From assembly GCA_964615725.1 (NCBI GenBank), contig CAZTPW010000001.1, positions 18,700 through 82,699 on the forward strand: a DNA stretch of 64,000 nucleotides, read 5' to 3'. The stretch comes from an uncultured Candidatus Saccharibacteria bacterium (GTDB taxonomy: Bacteria; Patescibacteriota; Minisyncoccia; Phycocordibacterales; CAZTPW01). The position numbers and the translations under genes were made by a program. Within the stretch, counting starts at the first letter, position 1. Each line of letters starts with the position of its first letter. The notes under the pieces are model-generated. The model worked only from the letters and a program-made list of their open reading frames with translations. It did no database searches and was not told where the DNA came from. Positions 29,479 through 39,870 of the stretch are shown piece after piece.

Positions 29479-29706
29479 TCACAGTTTCGACTTCGCCCAC
29501 CGGCAGAGCGCTTCACCCCACCCAAGCAAGATCTTCAAAAGACGCTTGCTGAGCTGCTTGAGCTTTTTCAGTTCCCAAGCGACGAATTTCTCTGCGGTTG
29601 CCTTCCCCCCAACCATATAGCCGAGACCATACGATATAAGGAGTGTAAAAAGTACGACTGTGATAAACAGCGAAACTCCAGCAGAAAGAGCATTCATGAA
29701 TAGCAT
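29479..29706 (-). CDS. Small single-pass membrane protein (75 aa) with its own terminator
   Basis: Hydrophobic N-terminal helix and a K/L-rich C-terminus. A dedicated terminator supports that it is expressed. Confidence 0.4.
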   Translation of the reverse strand: MLFMNALSAGVSLFITVVLFTLLISYGLGYMVGGKATAEKFVAWELKKLKQLSKRLLKILLGWGEALCRWAKSKL

Positions 29707-29757
29707 TATACAATATAAATGTATAATGTCAATATTAAAATTTATCCCTTCCTACTA

Positions 29758-30738
29758 TCAGTTCCACAAAAACTCTTGGATCTTTCCACTAAAAAGTCCT
29801 TCTGCGATTTTTTCTCGGTGTTTTAATGCGGGTATAACCTCAAATTTTGTAATAGTTTTGGCATTGATTTCTAAATCAGTGCTTGTTGTCATGGAATAAA
29901 GCTCGGCAGAAAAACCATTATCCAATTGCGACTTACTTATTGGGTAATATGAATTATATCCAGCAAGCATACACTTCATATTGTCCAAAGCTTGTTCCCA
30001 GGTAAGATTCTGTGCGAAGCACGAAGCAATAAGTGAATGGGCTAGCTCAGATGAGCGTGAACCATATCCGGTTTTTTCCCAATCACAAATTCCGACAATT
30101 TTATCCCCATCTTCTGAAAAAAGAACGTTTCCTAGATGAAAATCGCCATGGACAATAGTATCGACATCATGGAGACTTCCCTGCTCCAAAACTTCCAATC
30201 GCTTGATTTTTTGATGAATGGATTGCACTAAATATTCACCATGGTCTTGTGGAAGATCGTGTTGGGTTTGATTTTCTAAGATTTGCTTAGCATGCAAAAG
30301 TTCTTCCTTATCTTTTTCCTTTGTTATAACTTTTTTTCTTACAAATGGATACTTCGTAATGTATTCCTCGCCAAACCAATGAATTTCAGCAAGCAGCATA
30401 CCGCATGTATAATAGTGTTTTTTCTCAAGAATTTGAGGCTTTTTATTTTGCAAAAATGGATAGACCACATAGATTGCATTTTCAAGCAAATACCAAGGAG
30501 AATTTCTTATAGCGAGAGGTAATGGTAGTGGTATGCCCTTACCAAATAAAAACTTCTCAATTTCATACACAAAACCTAACCGATCGTTATCCTTACCAAT
30601 AAACTGCTTAATGAAAAAATTCCCTCGTGTTGTTTGAATTCTATATTTCTCATGGAGCGCACCGTCGACGCCTGTGTACCAACGAACAATATCGCCAAGG
30701 TGGAACGCCTTCGCTATTTCAATAAGCCTTCTATCCAT
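29758..30738 (-). CDS. APH/choline-kinase-fold phosphotransferase (aminoglycoside phosphotransferase-like kinase)
   Basis: Catalytic loop HGDFHLGNVLFSEDGDKIVGICDWE (HGDxxxxN...D), in an AT-rich (~37% GC) segment. Confidence 0.7.
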   Translation of the reverse strand: MDRRLIEIAKAFHLGDIVRWYTGVDGALHEKYRIQTTRGNFFIKQFIGKDNDRLGFVYEIEKFLFGKGIPLPLPLAIRNSPWYLLENAIYVVYPFLQNKKPQILEKKHYYTCGMLLAEIHWFGEEYITKYPFVRKKVITKEKDKEELLHAKQILENQTQHDLPQDHGEYLVQSIHQKIKRLEVLEQGSLHDVDTIVHGDFHLGNVLFSEDGDKIVGICDWEKTGYGSRSSELAHSLIASCFAQNLTWEQALDNMKCMLAGYNSYYPISKSQLDNGFSAELYSMTTSTDLEINAKTITKFEVIPALKHREKIAEGLFSGKIQEFLWN

Positions 30739-30747
30739 TATTAGAGT

Positions 30748-31356
30748 TTAAAAAGTTGGCTGTACGAGGAATCTCCACGATGCCGCACCACTTGTATTGA
30801 ATGTTAGAGTGTAGTTTTCAACGACTCCTCCACCACCTTCAATTTCTATAGGAGCATTTTTACAATACTCAATATTTTGAACATCTGCAGATGTTGAGCA
30901 AAACTTCTCAGTAGTATAAAGTTGACTAACTTTATAATCGTGTCCATTACTTAGATAGAGAAAACATCCGGAACCATACCCGCCTGCTTGATATGGATTT
31001 TGTCCTTGACCAGGCAACTCACTGATATAGCTTGAAAGCCCTGTAATCCAAGGTGTGTTGGCATTGGTGCTTGCATACCCTGCGCCTATACTTGAGAGGC
31101 TACAATTTGTAAAAGCGGTTTGAGGGGTTGGGTTAACTGCATCAGTAACAGGATATGATCCATTCTGATTGTAATAAAGCTCTAGTGCATTTGTGATTGA
31201 CCTAAGATCAGCTACCTTACGAGTATCACGTGCTTTTGCTTGAGCATTTCTCAAGTTTGTAAGTACAATTGATGAAAGTATACCGATAATTGATATTACA
31301 ACGAGAAGTTCAATGAGTGTAAAACCTTCGATTTTATTATTTTCAGACTTTTTCAT
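30748..31356 (-). CDS. Type IV pilin / pseudopilin (prepilin-type N-terminal methylation domain)
   Basis: N-terminus KIEGFTLIELLVVISIIGILSSIV is a class III signal peptide with a G-1/F+1/E+5 cleavage site. Confidence 0.85.
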   Translation of the reverse strand: MKKSENNKIEGFTLIELLVVISIIGILSSIVLTNLRNAQAKARDTRKVADLRSITNALELYYNQNGSYPVTDAVNPTPQTAFTNCSLSSIGAGYASTNANTPWITGLSSYISELPGQGQNPYQAGGYGSGCFLYLSNGHDYKVSQLYTTEKFCSTSADVQNIEYCKNAPIEIEGGGGVVENYTLTFNTSGAASWRFLVQPTF

Positions 31357-31369
31357 TCTTTTATAAAAA

Positions 31370-31606
31370 TTATTTAACCCTTGTTACTTGATTACTTATT
31401 CTTGGAATTCTTTCAGGGGTTTTGAGGGTGTTATAGAGATAGTAAATTGCCAAGGCACCGAGGATAACTATTATTATTACGAGCAAACTATTGGCAGTTT
31501 TTTCGTCTGTTTTGAAAAGCCTCATTGTTATACCCAAAATACCACCTCGTTTTGTTTGTGGAGACATTACTACCGGTTGTGTGTCTTCATTAAATTCGAT
31601 TGCCAT
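31370..31606 (-). CDS. Small single-pass membrane protein (78 aa)
   Basis: Central transmembrane helix LLVIIIVILGALAIYYLY. Confidence 0.35.
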   Translation of the reverse strand: MAIEFNEDTQPVVMSPQTKRGGILGITMRLFKTDEKTANSLLVIIIVILGALAIYYLYNTLKTPERIPRISNQVTRVK

Positions 31607-31668
31607 GGGAAATAAGAAATACTATGAATAACGAGTTAATACTATCATATACAGCAAGGACTCTATAC

Positions 31669-32334
31669 TCACTCTGTGTACAACTTTAGGAAGCTTTTTC
31701 GGTGGAGTTTTGTGATTCCATACTTCCTAAGCGCCGCATAATGACGACGAGTGCCATATCCTTTATGAATATCAAAGCCAAAACCGGAACAATTTTTAGC
31801 TTGGAGTGACATGTATCGATCTCGAGTCACCTTTGCTGCAATTGAAGCAAGAGCAATGACGATTTCCCTCTCATCTCCCTTGATAATAGTTTCCTGGAAT
31901 GGGAAGTGCGCGGGCGCTTTCAATCCCCCATCGAGCTTAATCCTGGCAGTTTTAGGGGTGATTTTAGTATTGCTTTCCAGCATGTCATCGAGGCAGTCGT
32001 TGAGCGCTTTTTTAATAGCCCACGATATACCATTTTTATCAATAAGGTTTGCTGAGACTGATTTTGTGCAGAAAAAGATGTGTCCATCACGTTGGGCATC
32101 CACCATCACTTGAAACCACTTCTCTCTTTGCGCTTCGGAGAGCTGTTTTGATTCTTTCACCCCTCGAAACATACGAGACTTGATAATGGCTTGATGGTTG
32201 AGAAAAAGACAAAGGCCGAGCGTTACCGGTCCTGCGATGGGTCCGCGTCCAACCTCATCAATACCCACGAGGAAAGTAGCCTTTCTGGAATTTTGTGATC
32301 TAGTTTTCTGTTTTTTTCCTGTTCCTCGCCTCAT
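31669..32334 (-). CDS. rnhB: Ribonuclease HII
   Basis: VGIDEVGRGPIAGPV. Confidence 0.9.
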   Translation of the reverse strand: MRRGTGKKQKTRSQNSRKATFLVGIDEVGRGPIAGPVTLGLCLFLNHQAIIKSRMFRGVKESKQLSEAQREKWFQVMVDAQRDGHIFFCTKSVSANLIDKNGISWAIKKALNDCLDDMLESNTKITPKTARIKLDGGLKAPAHFPFQETIIKGDEREIVIALASIAAKVTRDRYMSLQAKNCSGFGFDIHKGYGTRRHYAALRKYGITKLHRKSFLKLYTE

Positions 32335-32361
32335 GCGATATAGTATATACTAACAACACCT

Positions 32362-35300
32362 ATGGCACCGAAATTTGTCCATCTTCACACGCATAGCCAT
32401 TACTCTCTCTTGAATGCTTTGCCAAAAATCGATGAGCTTGTCGATCTCGCAAAAGCACAAGGCATGCCTGCGCTTGCCCTCACTGATGCGGGCAACATGT
32501 ATGGCACCATCGAATTTTACAAAACTTGTAAAAAAGCTGGGATTAAGCCAATTGTGGGAGTTGATTTCTATGTTGCTGCTCGAACTCGAAAAGATATGCA
32601 GCCTGGTGTTGATAGTCGCCGTACTCGCCTCGTGCTTTTGGCGAAAAATCATGATGGCTATAAAAATCTCATTCAACTCGTGACTCGCTCTCACATGGAG
32701 GGTTTTTACTACAAACCTCGAATTGATCAGGAACTCATTGAGAAATATAACGAGCATCTTGTGTGCATTATTCCCGCCTTTTCAAGTGATGTGACACAGG
32801 CAATGAAAATGAAGGATCTTGTGAAAGCGCAGGAGCGCATTGCGTTTTACAAAAAAGTCTACGGAGATGGAAATGTTTTTATAGAGATCGCTCGGCACCC
32901 AGAAATCGAAGGGCATGACGCAACCATGAATCAGCTTATCAAATTGGCTACCGAAACAAATACGCCAATTGTTGCGGCGCACGATGTCTATTACCTTAAA
33001 ACCGAGGATCGGGTCGCTCGCGACACCCTCCAACTCGTAAACACCCACGGCGACGCGAGCGACCGCAACCAAGACGCTGATGATGAAGATTTTTCTTTCA
33101 TAAGCCAAGAACGTGCAGAAGAGCTTTTTCATGATATCCCTGAGGCTCTTGCCAACACTCTCAAGATTGCTGACATGTGCAACTTCGAAATCACCCTTGG
33201 TAAATGGATTTTTCCCCACTATGTTGTTGAGAGCGGTCTTTCCTTTGACGATGAGCTCAAACGAATTGCCTATGCTGGGATTCCTAAACGCGGCCTCACT
33301 GAAACTCCCGACGTGATTGAACGCCTTGAATACGAACTTCAGGTTATTAAAGATAAGGGCTACGCTCAGTACTTCCTCGTGGTGTCTGACCTCCTTAAAT
33401 ACGCCCACGAACACGGCATCCTCACCAACATTCGAGGTTCCGTTGCAGGATCACTCACGACCTACGTGACAGGTATTACCAATGTAAATCCCCTCGAATA
33501 CAAACTTCCTTTCGAGCGATTCTTGAACCCTCAGCGCCCCTCAGCTCCCGACGTGGACATGGACTTTGCCGATAATCGTCGTGATGAAGTGATTGATTAT
33601 GCACGAAAAAAATATGGTCACGACAAAGTGGCGCAGATCGGTACCTTCGGTACGATGATGGCGCGCGGTGCTGTGCGTGATGTCGCCCGAGCAATGGGCT
33701 TTGCCTATGATGTTGGTGATCGAATTTCAAAACTCATCCCTATGGGTGCGCAAGGCTTCCCTATGACAATCGATCGAGCCCTTGAGGAAGTTGAGGAGCT
33801 TCGCACGATGTATCAAAAAGAGCCCGACACGAAACGCATCATCGATATGGCAAAAAAGATTGAAGGGTGTGCCCGCCACATTTCCGTGCACGCAGCCGGT
33901 GTGGTGATGTCACCTCAGCCTCTCATTGAGCTTGTGCCCCTCCAGTACGACACCAAAGGCGAGCAAAAAATTATTACTCAGTACGATATGCATGCGGTCG
34001 GAGAAGACGGAGTGGGTCTTTTAAAATTCGACTTCCTTGGAATTAAAAACCTTTCGATTCTCGCCGACGCTGTCGATCGAGTGAAAAAAATTGAAGGTAT
34101 TACGGTTGATATTGAAACCATTCCTCTCGATGATAAAAAGACCTTTGAGATGCTTGCTCGCGGTGAGACGATTGGTCTCTTCCAATTGAACGGTACTGGT
34201 ATGACGCGCTTCCTTGTTGATCTTAAACCTTCAACAATTCACGACATCAACGCGATGGTCGCCCTCTATCGACCAGGACCTCTCGAATCCATTCCTGAAT
34301 ACATCGAGCGAAAACACGATTCGAGCAAGATCAAATACCTTGATCCACGCATGAAGTCGATCCTGGAGCGATCCTACGGTGTGATCACCTATCAGGATGA
34401 CGTCATGATGATTGCGATTGAGCTTGGTGGATATTCATGGCTTGAGGCAGACAAGTTGCGAAAAGCAATGGGTAAAAAAATTCCAAAGGAAATGGAAGAG
34501 CAAAAAGGAAAACTTTTTGCTGGTCTCGTGAAAAACGGCATGTCAGAAGCGAAGGCGAAGCAGCTTTGGGCGTTGATTGAACCTTTCGCAGCGTACGGAT
34601 TCAACAAAGCTCATGCTGCAAGCTACGGGCGCGTTGCATACCAGACCTCATACATGAAGGCCAACTTCCCCGCAATTTATATGTCTTCGGTCCTCACCGC
34701 TGACTCTGGTGATGTCGAAAAGATCGCCGAAATCATTACTGAGTGTAAGCGTATGCAAATTCCGATTCTTCCTCCGGATATTAATGAAAGTTTCAGCCAA
34801 TTCACGGTGATCAAGGGTAAAAAGGGTGAACAAGGTCAGCCTGATGAGCCAGATCGAATTCGTTTTGGATTGGTGACGATTAAAAACTTCGGCCAAGGTG
34901 CCGCAACAGCAATTATTGAAGAGCGAAAGCGCGGTGGTCATTTCAAGTCACTCATCGATTTTGTGAGTCGAGTAAAAGACAAGAATATGAACAAGAAGTC
35001 GCTTGAAGCGCTTATAAAAGCAGGCGCTCTCGACAGTTTGGGAATTTCACGCGAAACACTCCTTGGAAATATCGAAACCATTCTCGCCCACAACAAAGAA
35101 AGCGAGCGCCTGCCAGCCAATCAAGATTCCCTATTTGGCCTCATGTCTGACACCTCAACACTTCCCACCCTGAAACTCATTGAGATGCCACCAATCAACC
35201 CACTCGAAAAACTTGCGTGGGAAAAAGAACTCCTCGGCCTCTACATTTCAGGCCACCCCCTCGACAAATATCGCTCGATCATTGAAAAGCAGGGTTCAGG

Positions 35301-35580
35301 AATTGCAATCGTAAAAGAAACAGTAAAGGAAGGGTCACCAGTTTTGATTGCGGGTGTGATTGAAGAAGCAAAGCAAATTGCTACCAAGAAAGGTGATATG
35401 ATGATGTTCCTCAAGATTGCCGATTTCTCAAGCTCAATCGAGGCGGTTGTCTTTCCTCGTACCTATCTCGAATTCAAATCAGTCCTTGTACCTGACAAAT
35501 GTCTTGCGATTCGTGGAAAAATCTCTGAGCGCAACGGCCAAAAAAGCATCGTTGTCGATAAAGTAAAAGTTTTGACTTAG
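32362..35580 (+). CDS. dnaE: DNA polymerase III alpha subunit (PHP domain plus polymerase core plus OB), 1072 aa
   Basis: PHP HLHTHSHYSLL...ALTDAGNMYG. The polymerase core includes GLLKFDFLGIKNL. Confidence 0.95.
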   Translation: MAPKFVHLHTHSHYSLLNALPKIDELVDLAKAQGMPALALTDAGNMYGTIEFYKTCKKAGIKPIVGVDFYVAARTRKDMQPGVDSRRTRLVLLAKNHDGYKNLIQLVTRSHMEGFYYKPRIDQELIEKYNEHLVCIIPAFSSDVTQAMKMKDLVKAQERIAFYKKVYGDGNVFIEIARHPEIEGHDATMNQLIKLATETNTPIVAAHDVYYLKTEDRVARDTLQLVNTHGDASDRNQDADDEDFSFISQERAEELFHDIPEALANTLKIADMCNFEITLGKWIFPHYVVESGLSFDDELKRIAYAGIPKRGLTETPDVIERLEYELQVIKDKGYAQYFLVVSDLLKYAHEHGILTNIRGSVAGSLTTYVTGITNVNPLEYKLPFERFLNPQRPSAPDVDMDFADNRRDEVIDYARKKYGHDKVAQIGTFGTMMARGAVRDVARAMGFAYDVGDRISKLIPMGAQGFPMTIDRALEEVEELRTMYQKEPDTKRIIDMAKKIEGCARHISVHAAGVVMSPQPLIELVPLQYDTKGEQKIITQYDMHAVGEDGVGLLKFDFLGIKNLSILADAVDRVKKIEGITVDIETIPLDDKKTFEMLARGETIGLFQLNGTGMTRFLVDLKPSTIHDINAMVALYRPGPLESIPEYIERKHDSSKIKYLDPRMKSILERSYGVITYQDDVMMIAIELGGYSWLEADKLRKAMGKKIPKEMEEQKGKLFAGLVKNGMSEAKAKQLWALIEPFAAYGFNKAHAASYGRVAYQTSYMKANFPAIYMSSVLTADSGDVEKIAEIITECKRMQIPILPPDINESFSQFTVIKGKKGEQGQPDEPDRIRFGLVTIKNFGQGAATAIIEERKRGGHFKSLIDFVSRVKDKNMNKKSLEALIKAGALDSLGISRETLLGNIETILAHNKESERLPANQDSLFGLMSDTSTLPTLKLIEMPPINPLEKLAWEKELLGLYISGHPLDKYRSIIEKQGSGIAIVKETVKEGSPVLIAGVIEEAKQIATKKGDMMMFLKIADFSSSIEAVVFPRTYLEFKSVLVPDKCLAIRGKISERNGQKSIVVDKVKVLT

Positions 35581-35591
35581 GGTTAGTTCTG

Positions 35592-36479
35592 TTGTATTCT
35601 CGGGTAAATTTGTTCGGGCAATCACGCCCCTTTACAACCCAATGCACAAAGTCTATGAGCTCTATTACTCAGTCTTCCTTGTCGAAAGGTGTCTTCTCAC
35701 GCCTTAACTATCAGGAAATTATTATTGTCATCGTAACCACCGTGGTAACGACGGTATTATTCACACACGGCAACCCATCGCTTGCATTTAAATTCAAGAT
35801 GGCAATCTTGTTCCTGCCCTTCTGCTTGTTTTTTCAGCACATTATGGCATCATCTCACTTGAGAAAAAATCCTCACGTGTGGTTTATGTCGGTTGCTGTT
35901 TTTTCTTTTTTTCAAGTGAACAATGCACTTGGGCTTGCAGCAATTTGGGATAAACCTGAAATCCTGACAAAACACCCAGAATACTGGAAGCCTATGGTAA
36001 CTTCACTGCTCGTGTACCTCGCGATGATCATCTTCTATTTCACCGTTGCCACACGGTTCGTTATGGAAAAAGATCGAGCCATACTACTCAACGATGCCCT
36101 AATCACCTCTGGAGAACATTTTCGTTTCTGGTCGTTTTTTGATTCGAGGGTTACCAGACTCTATCACACGATCGAATTAACCCTGGCAATCCCAAGTGAC
36201 CCACTACTCAAAACAACCTGGATTTGGATTCCACTGAAGATCACAATCGACTGGTCGACTGGCAAACACCTTGTTTGGGAAATCAAAAACGGGAGTTTGT
36301 GGAAGGATATTGAACAAAAGGTTGGCGACGAACTCAGGGCACGGACGAAGGCGGGTGAAACCGTACCAGAATATGCCAGCAAAGTTTCAGACGTCCGATG
36401 TGGAACCGATGTAAAAAGTCTTGAGATCGAATACATCACTGGTACTGCAACAATTCACAGTAAACCACCTATCAAATAA
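35592..36479 (+). CDS. Hypothetical polytopic membrane protein (295 aa) with C-terminal soluble domain
   Basis: Four or more hydrophobic helices, followed by a strong terminator. Confidence 0.45.
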   Translation: MYSRVNLFGQSRPFTTQCTKSMSSITQSSLSKGVFSRLNYQEIIIVIVTTVVTTVLFTHGNPSLAFKFKMAILFLPFCLFFQHIMASSHLRKNPHVWFMSVAVFSFFQVNNALGLAAIWDKPEILTKHPEYWKPMVTSLLVYLAMIIFYFTVATRFVMEKDRAILLNDALITSGEHFRFWSFFDSRVTRLYHTIELTLAIPSDPLLKTTWIWIPLKITIDWSTGKHLVWEIKNGSLWKDIEQKVGDELRARTKAGETVPEYASKVSDVRCGTDVKSLEIEYITGTATIHSKPPIK

Positions 36480-36496
36480 TCGACGGGTGGCACCAT

Positions 36497-36531
36497 GCAG
36501 CGGCGCCCATGCTTCGGCGCCGCTTTTTTAT
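36497..36531 (+). terminator. Rho-independent terminator (GCGGCGCC-CATGCTTCG-GCGCCGC followed by TTTTTTATT)
   Basis: Read directly from the sequence. Confidence 0.8.
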
Positions 36532-36592
36532 TCCATAATTTCATCACAAAAACACCATTTATTTCTCCTGAAGAAATGCTATACTACTCCCC

Positions 36593-38401
36593 ATGAAACA
36601 CGAGCACGATCATTCGCATGACCATGGCGCAGAATTACCCCTTATTCGTCATACCCTAGCCCACTTACTCGCAGCGGCGGTAAACTCACTCTATCCAGGC
36701 ACCAAAAACACCATCGGACCAGCAATTGACGATGGTTTCTACTACGATTTTGATTTTAAAGATGTAAAAAACCCTCCTTCAGATAAAGATTTCCCAGCAA
36801 TTGAGAAAAAAATGAAAGAACTCATCAAGACATGGGATTCTTTCTCACATAAAGAACTCTCAGAAAGTGACGCACGCAAACATTTTGCTGACAACTCCTA
36901 CAAGCTCGAACTCATCGATGAAATCGTGAAGAAAGGTGAGAAAATCACTGTTTATACTTCAGGAGAATTTACTGACCTCTGTCGTGGCGGCCACGTTGAA
37001 AACCCAAAGAAAGATATTGACCTCTCGGGTATGAAACTCTCTCGTGTCGCAGGTGCCTATTGGCGTGGCGATGAAAAAAATACCATGCTCACCCGTATCT
37101 ACGGTCTCGCTTTTGCAAGTAAAGCTGACCTCGACGCGTACGAGACGATGCAAGAAGAAGCAAAGAAACGTGATCACCGAAAACTCGGTAAAGATCTCGA
37201 GCTTTTCGTATTTTCTGACACGGTTGGAAAAGGTCTTCCGCTTTGGACAGAAAAAGGCGCCACAATTCGACGTGAACTTGAGCGCTTCATCGTCGACGAA
37301 GAAATTCGCCGAAACTACAAACACGTATATACTCCGGACATCGCCAAGATCGATCTCTATAAAAAATCTGGTCACTATCCATACTACAAGGATTCAATGT
37401 ACGCACCGATCAAGATCGACGAAGACGAATTCATGCTTCGGCCAATGACGTGCCCTCACCACTTCGAGCTTTACTTGAGCAAGCCTCGTACCTATCGCGA
37501 ACTTCCTATGCGAATTGCAGAACTCGCAAAGCTTTACCGTTATGAGCAATCAGGTGAACTCTCAGGACTCGTGCGTGTACGGAGCTTTTGCCTCGCTGAT
37601 GCTCACATCATCTGTAAAGACGCTGATCAGGCAAAGGAAGAAGTAAATCAGGCACTCGACCTCATCGAACACCTTGCAAAGGTATTTGGCCTTGAAATGG
37701 GTAAAGACTATTGGTATCGCCTTTCACTGGGTGATCGTGGTGATTCAAGTAAATATTACAAGGATGACAATGCTTGGAATGAGGCTGAGCAAAAACTCCG
37801 TGAGGTTCTTCAGGGTAGAAAGTGTCGTTTTGTTGAAGCAGAAAAAGAAGCCGCTTTTTATGGACCAAAGATTGATATTCAAATGAAAGACGTTCGAGGA
37901 AAAGACAATACCGCTTTCACGGTGCAGTACGACTTCGTCATGCCAAAGCGATTCAATCTCACCTACATTGATACCGACGGAAAAGAAAAGGAGGCACTCG
38001 TTGTTCACCGATCTTCGATTGGAGCAATCGAACGTGTCATGGCTTTCCTCATTGAACACTTTGCGGGCAAATTCCCTCTCTGGCTTGCTCCTACTCAGGT
38101 ACGAGTCATTCCTGTAGGTGATGCTCACCATGAGGCGGTGAGTGAGGTAGTTGCAAAACTCCGCAATGCAAATATCCGCGCAGAAGCTGATTTTGGAAAA
38201 GATGGTTTCGGAAAGAAAATTCGAAATGCAAAAAATGAACTCATCCCTTACTTCATCATTATTGGAGACAAAGACATGGAAGCAAAGAAGGTTACCCTTG
38301 AAAGCCGAGATGCTGGTGCACTAGGTCAGATGACCGTTGAAGAAGCACTCTCAAAACTCTCTACCGAGATCGCAACACGCGCACTCCCATCGCAAAAATA
38401 G
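36593..38401 (+). CDS. thrS: Threonyl-tRNA synthetase lacking the N-terminal TGS domain
   Basis: HRKLGKDLELF...FMLRPMTCPHH class II core and an anticodon-binding domain. Only ~190 aa precede the catalytic core (SAD/editing-like H..H motif HTLAHLL). Confidence 0.93.
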   Translation: MKHEHDHSHDHGAELPLIRHTLAHLLAAAVNSLYPGTKNTIGPAIDDGFYYDFDFKDVKNPPSDKDFPAIEKKMKELIKTWDSFSHKELSESDARKHFADNSYKLELIDEIVKKGEKITVYTSGEFTDLCRGGHVENPKKDIDLSGMKLSRVAGAYWRGDEKNTMLTRIYGLAFASKADLDAYETMQEEAKKRDHRKLGKDLELFVFSDTVGKGLPLWTEKGATIRRELERFIVDEEIRRNYKHVYTPDIAKIDLYKKSGHYPYYKDSMYAPIKIDEDEFMLRPMTCPHHFELYLSKPRTYRELPMRIAELAKLYRYEQSGELSGLVRVRSFCLADAHIICKDADQAKEEVNQALDLIEHLAKVFGLEMGKDYWYRLSLGDRGDSSKYYKDDNAWNEAEQKLREVLQGRKCRFVEAEKEAAFYGPKIDIQMKDVRGKDNTAFTVQYDFVMPKRFNLTYIDTDGKEKEALVVHRSSIGAIERVMAFLIEHFAGKFPLWLAPTQVRVIPVGDAHHEAVSEVVAKLRNANIRAEADFGKDGFGKKIRNAKNELIPYFIIIGDKDMEAKKVTLESRDAGALGQMTVEEALSKLSTEIATRALPSQK

Positions 38402-39866
38402 AAGCGAGAACCATCACACCAACAAAGTAGTAGATGTTGGCGAAATAATCATCGTCGCCCGTCGCAGGAACCTGGCTCAAATAGACATACGCAGACGCGA
38501 GTCCTTGAGCTGGGATTTTTGTATTGCCCAAAAGCCCTACGTTTGGCTGGTTGATTCCACCACCACCCCCGCCACCACCGCCTGGAGGTACGATTGTTGC
38601 TGCACAGCTTCGTGTTACTGACTGAGCCCCTGATGTAATAATCACTGATGCATTTACAGATCCAGGAGAATAATATGCATGATTTACGCTTTGTGACGAG
38701 CCATTGAGACTATCTGATCCAGACCACGCATAGGTATAGGTACCATTTCCTCCTGATGGATTTGCTGTCCATGTGAGCACATCCCCTACGCGTACTCCTG
38801 ACGCCGAAGCGGAACACGTACCATCGAGTGTGGTAACAACAACCTCATTGATGGTAAGCGCCGAACAAGTCTTCGTAACGCTATCGGCTCCTGATTGAAC
38901 ATGAACTGTTGCAGACTTTGCCCCCGTAGTTGTGTAGATTTTTGATGTTGAGGTAGCAGATCCTGCAAGACCATCGGTACCGGACCATGAGAATGTATAG
39001 GCACCGGTGCCTCCAGACACAGCAGCATTCCACGTTACATTTTGACCTTTATTGGCAGGATTTGGGATTGCTGAACACGATACCGTGAGCACACCAGGTG
39101 TAGGTGGGCAGCCTGTAGTTTTGAACGATTGAATATCGCCAGCCTTTGATTTGTTGGTAGGCCACTTGTAGACCATTCGATAATGATAGGTAGTACAGAG
39201 TGAAAGCTGTGGAAGAGTGAATGTTGGCGAGGTCACCGTAGTGATTGCAACTTCAGGAGTTTTGTTGGTGAGTTTTCCTGTTGTTGTTCCCCATTCAAAG
39301 AAGCCCGTGCCATTCGTGATACCTTTTGGGTTGATAAAACCATTGAGGGTCGCGCCAGTATCTGAAATATTGGTAGCGTCATCGGTGCGAACGATTGGGG
39401 TAAAGGGGAAATAGCAGCTTTTGATTGAGCCATTCTCTCGAAAGAAAACATTTTTTGCGACAAGTCGGAAGTAATAGGTCTTTCCTTCTTCAATGTCGCC
39501 ATCAGAGACTTTAAGGTCTTTCTCGACGGTAACTGTCATAGGAATATATGACTTTGAAGTTTCCCGTCCAAGTGCGACGGTCGTGCCCCACTGAAACCAT
39601 GCGTGAGTATCAGTCACACCTTTTGGATTTACATATCCGCGCAAAGTAATTTTTCCAGCATCAACATCACAATCATACGTATGAACAACCGGGTCTTGTG
39701 GAAGGTGTGTAAAGTCATCATCGATATGCGGAAGTCGAGGTGTAATATCATCAAAGATACTTGCTCGCGCCTTCTGGGTAGTAAAAGCGAATACTGAAAT
39801 AAGTACGATGAAGGCCAGCGCGATAAGCAAACTTTTTTTGAATTGTGACAGTGTGGTTGATTTCAT
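38361..39866 (-). CDS. Cell-surface protein: signal peptide, FN3-like and two PKD-like repeats, Gly9 tract, sortase-type C-terminal sorting signal (VPATG plus TM plus RVLRSR)
   Basis: The signal peptide is MKSTTLSQFKKSLLIALAFIVLISVFAFT, followed by the FN3-type tyrosine corners YYFRLVAKN and YHYRMVYKW. There are two PKD-like repeats of about 70 aa (GGTGAYTFSWSGTDG and GGNGTYTYAWSGSDS). The C-terminus is PPGGGGGGGGGI...QVPATGDDD, then a hydrophobic helix, then RVLRSR. The last 41 nt overlap the thrS 3' end on the opposite strand. Confidence 0.7.
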   Translation of the reverse strand: MKSTTLSQFKKSLLIALAFIVLISVFAFTTQKARASIFDDITPRLPHIDDDFTHLPQDPVVHTYDCDVDAGKITLRGYVNPKGVTDTHAWFQWGTTVALGRETSKSYIPMTVTVEKDLKVSDGDIEEGKTYYFRLVAKNVFFRENGSIKSCYFPFTPIVRTDDATNISDTGATLNGFINPKGITNGTGFFEWGTTTGKLTNKTPEVAITTVTSPTFTLPQLSLCTTYHYRMVYKWPTNKSKAGDIQSFKTTGCPPTPGVLTVSCSAIPNPANKGQNVTWNAAVSGGTGAYTFSWSGTDGLAGSATSTSKIYTTTGAKSATVHVQSGADSVTKTCSALTINEVVVTTLDGTCSASASGVRVGDVLTWTANPSGGNGTYTYAWSGSDSLNGSSQSVNHAYYSPGSVNASVIITSGAQSVTRSCAATIVPPGGGGGGGGGINQPNVGLLGNTKIPAQGLASAYVYLSQVPATGDDDYFANIYYFVGVMVLASIFAMGVRVLRSR

Positions 39867-39870
39867 GGGC

